Source: Stramenopiles sp. TOSAG23-2 (lineage: Eukaryota). Taken from it: DNA of 46,326 nucleotides. The DNA is taken from NCBI GenBank assembly GCA_900128395.1, contig LT649280.1:1-46326 (forward strand). The letters run 5' to 3'. Position numbers and translations under genes: made by a program. The notes below the pieces were generated by a model. The model ran no database searches, was not told the DNA's origin, and saw nothing but the letters and a program-made list of their open reading frames with translations. Below are positions 20,409 through 30,079 of the stretch, in pieces (position 1 is the first letter of the stretch; the number at the start of each line of letters is the position of its first letter).

Positions 20409-23400
20409 TCATTTTTTTCCTGTTGAAATATATGAAGAAGTCGTTGTACGACTTCCATTTTCTTCTCCTTCTCCACCACTATCACTACTGTAACTGCTTC
20501 TACTTTCACTTCCACTTCCGGTACTATAACTAGAACCGGAACTACTATAACTGCTATAAGATGACTCGGAACTATACGCATCGTGACTTTCATCACTTGA
20601 ACCATCGGAATTTGGATGATGGTCTGTTAATGTCAACGTTTGATGAAGCAAGATTAAGCCTTCAGAATCATGCACTACATCTCTTGCATGTGTAGAGCCA
20701 GCATTACGATGCCCATCTCCATGAAAATGACATTCATTCAATTCATAAAAAGCTGGAATATCATGATCAGCTTGAGTTTCCAATTTCTTCCTTGTCGGAC
20801 TATGCCGCACTGGACTTTGTGGTCCTTCTTCATCATCAGCATCACCATCTTCAAGTAAACTGCTTTCTCTCCTCTCTACTTGTCTTTTATACTCTTGCAC
20901 ATCTAGTCCGTGTAGCGCAGAGTCGCGTTTTGGCAAAGTGAATCCCTCCACGGGTTGAAACATTGTCGAACGACGACGTTCTAAGTCACGTTGTTGTTTT
21001 TTGATATTTTTCTCTCGTTGTTTCTCAATTAAACGACGGAATTTTTTTGGTAAGTTGTTCATAATTTCATCTCTAAATCCTGCTTGTATATCATCTTGAT
21101 TTCCAAATGTCATCACACGACCAGATTGCATTGCCACTGTGGTATATGTTTCTCCAGCTGATACTGCTCCAGGGATATGATCCAGATTTAACGTTACATA
21201 ATGCCGGTATAAATCTCTTGCACCTTTAAAAACAAGGTCATACACCAATTTCATCAACTTTGGTACGTGCCATTTCGTCTTTCGTACAATATCTTTATTT
21301 TCATGATGAAAATTTTGCATCAGTTCTAATATGACTTCCGTAGTAGTTGGGAAAATTGACGTAAATGCTTTAGCCATTTTTACCCCAGTGGCAACGATCG
21401 ATGTTTTCATTAATACTTGCAATTCATATGATGCTTGTAGACGATATAATTTTAAGTAATGTTTCCGTGTTTTTTCTTGAATAAAAGTGCGAATACTTTT
21501 GAACAATCTTTTTTTCCTTTTTTCATGTTCTTGCCTTAATGCAATTTTTAACTTTGAAGTGTCCCGCTTTCTTTTGTGTTGCTTTTCAAAAATTTCATCT
21601 AGTTCCTTCGCCCAACTTTTTAAATGGTATTTACAATTTGATCTGCAAAAATTTTTAAATTTTGGAACTGACATAGGCTCGTGTGTTTTTAATGATGCGA
21701 TTAATTTATCGGTCAAGTCAACATCGCAATCGACCGCTCTCCATTTTAATTCATCTTCTGCGGATATAACCGACTCTCGAATTTGTATATTTTGCAAAAG
21801 GTAAATTGGCCTATACGCCCTGTAACCACATATCATGCATGTTGCAGTGTCTGAATCGCGTTTTCTAAATATTAACTCTTCATGACAATTCATGCATTGG
21901 GCATGTAATGACGATTGAGGTTTCTCCGGCTTTATTTTTTCATAATAATCTGTTTCAGTCACTCGCTTCAACTGATGCTGCGCGGTTTCCATAAAATAAT
22001 TGGCAGATCGATATGATAAAAAATTTCGTCTTAAATCAATATTCATGATACAAGGAAATTCTTTCAATGCCTCGCACAACGCATGTACATGCACATCAGT
22101 CAATCCCTTTTTATACAAATTTATAGTGCCAGCTGCCCACAATTGATTTTTTGCAAATCCTTTCTTTTTTCCTGTTTTAGGATCTTCGACTTTTGGATCA
22201 TCATCTCTTATATATTCTAATATGTATTCATATTTGTTTTTTGGCAAGCCTTCGTCTTCAAATTTCTGTTTTAATAATTCAATAAACATCTCGCCAGCTT
22301 CTTCATCCATCAAATGTTGCTTCTTTTGACAAAATACTTTAACATACATCCTATGAAAAAAATGCTCTGCTAAAAGACTTTTGCGTAAATTCTCTCCTAT
22401 GTATTGCATAAAATCTTCTTTCTCTACATCTGCTGTCGTATTTCCAGCTATAGTCGTAGCAAGTTTATCCAGTGTCCAATCTGATGCCCATATATGTGCT
22501 AGTTTTAACACTTTGCCAAAACCAAGTGCGTTCATCCTTCCCCTATTTCCCCTATCCTCTTTGTTCCACATACGTCTCACCTCAATCATTCTTGATTCAA
22601 ATAAACATTCTCCTCTTATTTCAAGAAACTCTTCAATAAAGTCTTTTGGGATCTTATTTCCTGCCACTTTAAATGCAGGATCTTCTCCTAAATCGTACAC
22701 TGCTGTGTAATTAGTTTCCAATTCTGGCTCTTTTGTAGCCATAGCTTTGAAAGTATCTTTAAAATTCCCTTGCCAAACTTTGTCGGTCTTTTTCAATCTT
22801 TTTTTTAAATATTTTACTATCGATGGTACATGTTGCCTTGAGGCTGTCATATGACCCATCCTTCCATTGTATCCTGATTCACCAACACCATACATTTTCC
22901 CTCTCTTCGTAACAAATACAGAGTGTTTTCCCCCTGCTGCGACCCGCCACACATGCTTTGTCTCAGCAAAAGCACCTGTGTTTACAAGTTGTGGGACATT
23001 ATATTTATTGCTTTTATCTCTGTTATTTCTTGGACTTTTAGGACTGCCGGGACTATTACTGCCTTTTTTTTTTCTCCTTTTGCTTTTTCTAGAAGATTTG
23101 CCTGTGCTACTTGTATTAGGTCTTGATGGAGAATTAATTTCTAATAGTGCTTCTTGCCCAGGACATAGAACACCTAACTGTGAATACCTATTCGAACCAA
23201 AAGCAAAAACTTTACCATCTTCCGTACATACTACTGTATGTTCTGCACCACATGCAACATCTGTGACTTCCATTTCCGCTAATCCATCTACAATAGTCAT
23301 ACTTGCACTATCTTTATATTCACCTAATCCTAATTGACCCATGTCTCCCCGACCGCAAGTAAAAATATCACCAGTTTCTGTTATTGCAGCCGTATGATAA

Positions 23401-24362
23401 GCACCCAATGCTACATGTGACACTAATACCTGTTGGAGTGAAAGAATTATTTTTGGTTCCATTTTGCTATCGGCATTTCTCCTTGTTGCCTCCGTATGCA
23501 TATCTGGAACTAATCCATGTCCGCATTGCCCATATGAATTATCCCCCCACGTCCAAATTGTACCATCCTCACTTAACACTGCGGTATGTAAATATCCTGC
23601 GCTTACACATACTGGTGCGATTTCGACAGAATTTTTAACTAATGTCGGTTTGCATAGACGTGATGGCCGGCAATATCCCACCCCAAGCTGTCCAATATCA
23701 TTTTTTCCCATTGAAAATACATAACGATCATGTGGTCTACTTATAACGCATGAATGTGCTAAACCAGCAGCAACATCTATTACAAATACATCTCTTAGTG
23801 ATCCTATAACAGTAGGAGCTGCCACATTTTTAAAATGATTATGCCCCAGTTGACCATCCTTCCCTCTACCGAAACTTAAGCAAACTCCTTGATCTGTACA
23901 AACTAATGTATGTTGGAATCCCGTGCTAATTTTTGTTACTCGATATGGACGAAGTGCCTCCGAGTAAAGTGGCATAAATGTACTTAACGCATTAGATGCT
24001 TTTGCTAGAACAGTCCCATCTCTTAATGTTTGACCATCACCATCTTCTTCATCATCTAATCCGAGAGCACGGGGTGGTGGAACGATTTTTGGTTTGTGTG
24101 TTGCTAAATGCTTCTTCGCCATTGTACCACATTTAATACCTCGCAAAATACGTTCTCTCTCCCATCCACTTTCTTCTATCCTAACTTCTTGTCGTCTCTC
24201 CCAAATTCTATTTTCTCTATCTTCCCATAGCATTTCCATAAAAGCTTTTTTCTTTAGTTTTTTCATATACGCTTTCTTTTTTCTAATGCGTTTATTCCTC
24301 GCAGCTTTTTCCTCCGCCTCCCTTCTAATTTGTTTTTTCGATTTTTCTCCGAATCCCAACAT
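20409..24362 (-). CDS. RCC1-repeat protein with large internal insert (EF-hand-like, LRR-like, CxxC-CxxC) and Ser-rich tail
   Basis: Six consecutive RCC1 repeats (e.g. VSAGYLHTAVLSEDGTIWTWGDNSYGQCG) and a seventh (AVSAGETYTTVAMQSGRVMTFGN) near 21100-21180. Confidence 0.85.
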   Translation of the reverse strand: MLGFGEKSKKQIRREAEEKAARNKRIRKKKAYMKKLKKKAFMEMLWEDRENRIWERRQEVRIEESGWERERILRGIKCGTMAKKHLATHKPKIVPPPRALGLDDEEDGDGQTLRDGTVLAKASNALSTFMPLYSEALRPYRVTKISTGFQHTLVCTDQGVCLSFGRGKDGQLGHNHFKNVAAPTVIGSLRDVFVIDVAAGLAHSCVISRPHDRYVFSMGKNDIGQLGVGYCRPSRLCKPTLVKNSVEIAPVCVSAGYLHTAVLSEDGTIWTWGDNSYGQCGHGLVPDMHTEATRRNADSKMEPKIILSLQQVLVSHVALGAYHTAAITETGDIFTCGRGDMGQLGLGEYKDSASMTIVDGLAEMEVTDVACGAEHTVVCTEDGKVFAFGSNRYSQLGVLCPGQEALLEINSPSRPNTSSTGKSSRKSKRRKKKGSNSPGSPKSPRNNRDKSNKYNVPQLVNTGAFAETKHVWRVAAGGKHSVFVTKRGKMYGVGESGYNGRMGHMTASRQHVPSIVKYLKKRLKKTDKVWQGNFKDTFKAMATKEPELETNYTAVYDLGEDPAFKVAGNKIPKDFIEEFLEIRGECLFESRMIEVRRMWNKEDRGNRGRMNALGFGKVLKLAHIWASDWTLDKLATTIAGNTTADVEKEDFMQYIGENLRKSLLAEHFFHRMYVKVFCQKKQHLMDEEAGEMFIELLKQKFEDEGLPKNKYEYILEYIRDDDPKVEDPKTGKKKGFAKNQLWAAGTINLYKKGLTDVHVHALCEALKEFPCIMNIDLRRNFLSYRSANYFMETAQHQLKRVTETDYYEKIKPEKPQSSLHAQCMNCHEELIFRKRDSDTATCMICGYRAYRPIYLLQNIQIRESVISAEDELKWRAVDCDVDLTDKLIASLKTHEPMSVPKFKNFCRSNCKYHLKSWAKELDEIFEKQHKRKRDTSKLKIALRQEHEKRKKRLFKSIRTFIQEKTRKHYLKLYRLQASYELQVLMKTSIVATGVKMAKAFTSIFPTTTEVILELMQNFHHENKDIVRKTKWHVPKLMKLVYDLVFKGARDLYRHYVTLNLDHIPGAVSAGETYTTVAMQSGRVMTFGNQDDIQAGFRDEIMNNLPKKFRRLIEKQREKNIKKQQRDLERRRSTMFQPVEGFTLPKRDSALHGLDVQEYKRQVERRESSLLEDGDADDEEGPQSPVRHSPTRKKLETQADHDIPAFYELNECHFHGDGHRNAGSTHARDVVHDSEGLILLHQTLTLTDHHPNSDGSSDESHDAYSSESSYSSYSSSGSSYSTGSGSESRSSYSSDSGGEGEENGSRTTTSSYISTGKK

Positions 24363-25125
24363 CTTTCAAGGTTATTATTATATACTATGATGAGTCACGT
24401 CAAAAATGAAAAAGAAAAATTTGTACCTGTCACGTTCTGCGGCCGTGCAGTATTAAAAGTTCAATACTAGGGTGGAAAAAGTATTGTAACGTTATGCCTT
24501 TATTATATCAAGTCAAGTAACATATAAATATTGTATTTCTTCTTGTGAGGTATGAAGTTTTTATATGGTATCTATAGTTATATATATTCATATGTTGAAA
24601 ATAATAATAATAAAAAAAAAAATGTAGACCAGTAGAGTAATAGGTGAATGTATTATTATGTTTGTTGTTGTATAAATTATTTGTATCCGGGTGACCGTTG
24701 GTTCCAAAAAATGCGAATTCCTTCTGATATTTCTTTTCACATTAGCTATTTCAATATACCGTAGAATAAATTTGGTATATTTTCGTTTGACACCAGCCTT
24801 TTTTTTTTTGTAATAAAAATTTGCGCGTGAATATTGTATTATACTAAAGTCTAGTAATTATACTCTTTTTACAGTAATGTTCCTATATAACAACCAGCCT
24901 ATTTTTTTGGTTTAGGTTTTAGTTTACCAGCAGTTTATGTTTAGTGCTTTAGTAGGTTGTTGTTGAAATAATAATAATTCATAATAATAAACAACAATAA
25001 TACAATAATATAAAAAATGCAATTTACATATTATATATAGAACTATATTGGATGGAACAAATAAAAGTCGTATGACCATTGTATTATATATTTACGTGAT
25101 TACCTGTATTTACTTTTTTATTAAC

Positions 25126-26574
25126 ATGCCATTACATAAAAAAAAATCACGTTGGACGAAAGAAGCCCGTGAAGCTAGATTAAAAAAACATAATTCTGTA
25201 CAATTTCATAGTGCCGCGAAACACTTTCCACAATTACTAGAGTGTTTCGACAATGGAGAATCTGTAACGCCTGGAATAACACATGATGGTTGCGTTGTTC
25301 TGCCAACGTTTCTATCGTTGCATGAGAGAAAAGTAAAAGCATTGAAAACTAACCAAAAATTTACTGCATTAAAAGAGACTGAAACTGATAAATCATCGCC
25401 AAAAAAATCAAAGAAACCGTTTATACGAGAATTTTCGAAAAATTTAACTTCCTCCGTTTTAGATGAAATTCAGACCTTGTCAAAGTTTAGACATGACGTG
25501 ATATTTAAGAACGAATTAAATCAAAGCGATTATAAAGGTGCTCACCAACTTCATTTTGAAGATGAAGAGGAGCTATCAGATGCAAAATTACAAAGAAAAG
25601 TTCTGTTTCACATACGAAAAGTAGCTGAAATGAAACAAGTCACTGGGGATTTAAATTTATCAAGTTTTGAAGGTGAAGCTATGCTGCCAGAAGAATTTCG
25701 TCGATTATTTAAACTCGCATTGCATATAGGTTTAAATGATAGACAATTGAGGCTTGTTATTGAACATTTTGATAAGGATGGAGATGGAAGTGTCGATTTC
25801 ATTGAAATTCATTCTCAATTAATGCAGCCGCATCGTTTGACACAAAGTACTAAACAAAATCAAGAAGAAAAATTTCAAGAAGCAATGAAACAAATTAGAT
25901 TAAAAGCAGCTTCGCAAGTAGACCATGGAATTAATCGAATGACAGGTGAAAAAAAGAAATTTGATTTAAAATCACTTTTTGGGCATTTTGATACTGATGG
26001 CGATGGAACAGTAACAAGGGAAGAATTTTTACAATGCATGGTTGCATTAGGAATTGAATTAAATAAATTTGAATTGAATACGATATTTTGGACATTGGAT
26101 CCAGATAAATCTGGACATTTAACTTATCAAGAATTTTCTAGGGCATTTTTTGATCGTAGAAATAGAAATAAAAAGAAGCCAAAACGTTTAAAACCACATT
26201 GGACTCCAAATAATGCAAGCCAAGCACGTACTCATTTTTCAGAAGGTAGAAACAATTGTGTAGCAATGGGAGCAGAATATAAACCAAAGAAAACAATGGA
26301 ATCGCTTTCGCGTCCATCTACGTCTGATAGAAGTAAAGTAATAGGGCCAGGCATATGGCATATCACTTCTAATACCGAAGCCCAAGAGTCTATGTCGCGA
26401 AAAGTATATTTACATTCAAAAACAGCTGAAGTTATAGATTTTGAGAAAACATTGACAAAAATGAAATCAGAACAAAATTTGCGACATGTATTAAATAGAC
26501 ACGAGGAGGGAAGAGATAATTGGAAGAAGAAAAATCCTGACTATAAAAAGAAGAAATATGTAATTTATATTTAA
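25126..26574 (+). CDS. EF-hand calcium-binding protein
   Basis: Probable ATG 25126 (MPLHKKK). EF loops DKDGDGSVDFIE, DTDGDGTVTREE and DPDKSGHLTYQE. Confidence 0.85.
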   Translation: MPLHKKKSRWTKEAREARLKKHNSVQFHSAAKHFPQLLECFDNGESVTPGITHDGCVVLPTFLSLHERKVKALKTNQKFTALKETETDKSSPKKSKKPFIREFSKNLTSSVLDEIQTLSKFRHDVIFKNELNQSDYKGAHQLHFEDEEELSDAKLQRKVLFHIRKVAEMKQVTGDLNLSSFEGEAMLPEEFRRLFKLALHIGLNDRQLRLVIEHFDKDGDGSVDFIEIHSQLMQPHRLTQSTKQNQEEKFQEAMKQIRLKAASQVDHGINRMTGEKKKFDLKSLFGHFDTDGDGTVTREEFLQCMVALGIELNKFELNTIFWTLDPDKSGHLTYQEFSRAFFDRRNRNKKKPKRLKPHWTPNNASQARTHFSEGRNNCVAMGAEYKPKKTMESLSRPSTSDRSKVIGPGIWHITSNTEAQESMSRKVYLHSKTAEVIDFEKTLTKMKSEQNLRHVLNRHEEGRDNWKKKNPDYKKKKYVIYI

Positions 26575-26783
26575 AAAATAGTGTAAACTAAATGAGATTT
26601 TTTATGTTTTGTGTGTAATTTTACTTGAGTGCCGTTTCAAAAAATTGTGACTCTTTTCTTCCCTCTAAAAGAGAAAAACGTCGTATGTAATTCGTAATGT
26701 ATGGTCGAAAAATACGAATAAAAATTCGTAGATAAATGTATGCAACACACACGATTGTTCATTTACTCACACGCATGTTTTTT

Positions 26784-27726
26784 TTATATTTTTGATGTCA
26801 CATTTTCGTCAATAATTGTATTTTTAATAAAACCTAATTTTTCAATGTGACATTCAACAATATCACCTGGTTTTAAAAAAACAGGTGGTTTCCTTGCTGC
26901 ACCAACACCAGATGGCGTGCCGGTAAAAATCAAATCACCTGGTTTTAATGTCCATAACATGGAACAATATTGGATAATATTTTGACAATTATGAATCAAA
27001 TATTTCGTATTTGAAGATTGCATTGTTTCGCCATTTAATATACATGATAAGTCCAATGCATTTGGATCTTTTATTACATCTTTGGTTACAATCCATGGCC
27101 CAGTTGGACATGAATTATCAGGTGTTTTCCCTATAAAATGTTGTTTTGCAGGATTTTTTTTCGGTGAATGTTGATAATCCCTTGCTGTAATATCATTTCC
27201 TAACATATACCCAGCAACATAATCCAATGCATTTGATTCAGTAGCACCTTTGCAAGTTTTACCAATAACTATAACTAACTCAGATTCATAATCTAAGTGT
27301 TTGGTATATGTTGGGCGAATTATATCATCAAATGGCCCAATCAATGATGTATTGAATTTAATAAACAACGGCACTGGTGAATTAGGATCAAGTGCTGAGT
27401 TATCCATACCTGCGATTTTTGCGCCTGAATTCATAGACTCTTCAACATGGTCTTTATAATTGGCACCAGCACATATTATTTTCTCTGGATTTGTAATAGG
27501 TTGACATAATACCACACTATCCATTTTGATATGTTCACCAGAATTCATTGCTTCTTTTGCCAAGGCAATACCTTTCTCACCCATTGACAAAAATGCAAGC
27601 ATATTTGATGGAATATTTTTGTTTGTATTATTTAAATCAATAATAATATTATCATTTTTTCTCGTGTATGACACCAATTCGTTTTGTCGATAATGGATTT
27701 GATTTTTTAAATGTTATTAATCTCAT
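26784..27726 (-). CDS. FAHD2: Fumarylacetoacetate hydrolase-family protein, FAHD2-like; apparent 1-nt frameshift at 27655-27660
   Basis: PEKIICAGANYKDH, LDYESELVIVIGK, GNDITARD, GK..D..CPTGPWIVT and PGDLIFTGTPSGVG. The probable true N-terminus, MRLITFKKSNPLSTKRIGVIHEK, starts at ATG 27726 in another frame and joins NDNIIIDLN if one A is removed. Confidence 0.9.
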
Positions 27727-28357
27727 ATTTTCTCGAATTTCTTTTTCTATTATTTCATAATATTATTATATGTGCTTTGCTATACAATGATGGTAAAAAT
27801 GTATTGTTGATTTCAGATTGATGTGATATCTATATTTTCAATGTCTTATCCGTGGGTATATGTTGTGTCCCCCATAGTGAATAGTTTTAAAAATGTATGC
27901 TATTATATAATATTTTCCGTGTTGTGAATAGTGAATAGTGTTAAAAATGTTGTATTTTTTTGATATAGTCTAATTTTCCATACAAGTATAAGTTATGTGT
28001 CCTTTGGTCCTAGTAAACGAAAGACGAAAAATGCACAATATTAATATACCCTAATGCTAACCATAAGACCTTAACCTGGCTGGAAATTTTTTTTTTGTGT
28101 AAAAATTGATCAATTCGAAGAAGTTCCTTCATACAAAGAGAACCAAAATAGCACTAATAACAATGGGAACATTTTGAATAAAAAAATATAATATAAAATT
28201 CATAGATATATATTATAGAAACAGTACCTGTTGCAAATGTTACTGTTGAACATATCGATTAATTCAATATAAATAAACAAATTCATATTGTCGTCGTCTA
28301 TTAAAATAAGTCATCATCAATAGTATTTGTAGTATATATATATTAAAGAAAAAAAAT

Positions 28358-29728
28358 ATGGCATTTTTATATTCAGTTTTACCAGAAAAATATCGACCGG
28401 AAAATATACCAGATCAAAAAACATTAGCTGGATTTAGAACCCCGGCAGTTAATTTCATAACACAATATACGCAAATAAACCGTGACAATTTACCGATTCA
28501 TGAGAGTGCTTTATTATCCAAAGCATCGAAAGAAACGCTTGATAATTCTTCCACTGGTTTTGTAGTTGGTGGTGCTATTCCATTTGCATTATCTAAATTT
28601 GTTAAATTCAGGGCTGGTGTTGGAATCATACGTATGTGCGCTGGTGTAGTTGGTGCAACATTTGGAAGTTATGTTGCAGCAAAAAATACTACTGATAAAT
28701 ATATTATTACCATAATGACAACTGATAATGAAGGTGCTATGTCAAAAGGTTTACGCAATATGTTGTTTGAATATGCACCTCGGAGTGAACTATATAAATT
28801 TGTGCAACAAAAATTAAAAGCGAATGGTTTTAGTGAAGAAGCATGGGAATCAAAAGATACATTTGCAACAAAAGATGAAGAAACACAAAAATGGATAGAA
28901 GAAAATGAAAAAAATAGCAGCAAAAATAGTAATAATAATAATAATAATAATAATATTGTTGTTGATAAACTATCATCATCCTCAGAAATTGCAATACAGA
29001 ATAGTCCAAATAAGAATGCAGCATTGAATGTAAGACATGAAAAGGTACAAGAGTATAAGATGAAGAGGGATGTCAAAAGAAATGGTAGTATATCGAGTGA
29101 TACATCAATTGAATTACCAGAAACTAAAGATAATGAAGTTGCAGCTAAACGTAAGGCATATCAACATTTTTTAAAAGAAGAAAAATTAAAAGCTGGATAT
29201 GGATATAATGATAATAAAATGAGTAAGGAAGATGAAGCCAAAGTGGAGAATGCTGTCATTAGTAAATTAGCTGCATGGAATAAGGAAAGAAAAAAGCGAA
29301 AAGAAGATAGTTTGACTTATAATTTCAATTCAAGCAAGAACGATATAAGTAATGGAAGTAATAGTAACAATAATCTGGAAAATCAAGTGGAGGATAGATC
29401 TGATTTTAATGATGAAGAGGCTAGTAATAATAATACATCATTCGATTTTTTCAATACATATCTTTTTCAAAACGATGATAATAACAATTCAGATGATTCC
29501 ACTGTTGAAAATGATCATCGTGGAGAGAATAGGGAAGATACTCAACAAAGCAATAAAGGAAATATGGATACATTATCCCCTTTTGATAAATGGAAACGAA
29601 TTGATTCATATATGGATTATGGTGATACAGGTAATAGTAATAGTAAACAATCAACATTCAATACACAAAATAATAATAAGAAAAAAACAACATGGGAAGA
29701 AATAAGACATAAACATCGATTTGCATAA
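28358..29728 (+). CDS. Hypothetical protein with two Gly-rich TM helices and disordered tail; OCIA-domain-like architecture
   Basis: 456-aa ORF. TM-like GFVVGGAIPFALS and MCAGVVGATFGSYV, followed by NEGAMSKGLR. C-terminal KKTTWEEIRHKH. Confidence 0.65.
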   Translation: MAFLYSVLPEKYRPENIPDQKTLAGFRTPAVNFITQYTQINRDNLPIHESALLSKASKETLDNSSTGFVVGGAIPFALSKFVKFRAGVGIIRMCAGVVGATFGSYVAAKNTTDKYIITIMTTDNEGAMSKGLRNMLFEYAPRSELYKFVQQKLKANGFSEEAWESKDTFATKDEETQKWIEENEKNSSKNSNNNNNNNNIVVDKLSSSSEIAIQNSPNKNAALNVRHEKVQEYKMKRDVKRNGSISSDTSIELPETKDNEVAAKRKAYQHFLKEEKLKAGYGYNDNKMSKEDEAKVENAVISKLAAWNKERKKRKEDSLTYNFNSSKNDISNGSNSNNNLENQVEDRSDFNDEEASNNNTSFDFFNTYLFQNDDNNNSDDSTVENDHRGENREDTQQSNKGNMDTLSPFDKWKRIDSYMDYGDTGNSNSKQSTFNTQNNNKKKTTWEEIRHKHRFA

Positions 29729-30079
29729 AAAAAAGGGGGCCGGGGACTATTACATGTGTGGTGTGATGTGAAAAGAAAAAGAGAGATTAAAATGTGGCGT
29801 GTGTGCTTTGTGTTGCAATGTGTTGTATATTAATATATATTATATTACACTTCTAGAGTGTTTTTACTTTTTGTAAAATTAATACTCACTATAGCTCCTC
29901 CTTTGTTTTTGTATTTTGCTGTTTGCTCCTTTCGCATTGGGCTTGTTCTAATTGAACAATTGAACAATTGAACTAAAAATATAAAGACAAAAGGTTGGAA
30001 AAAGATAGATACAACAGGTTCATTGTGTATTTTTTTTTTACTTTTCCTTCTTCATATTACATAATACATATATATAAAG

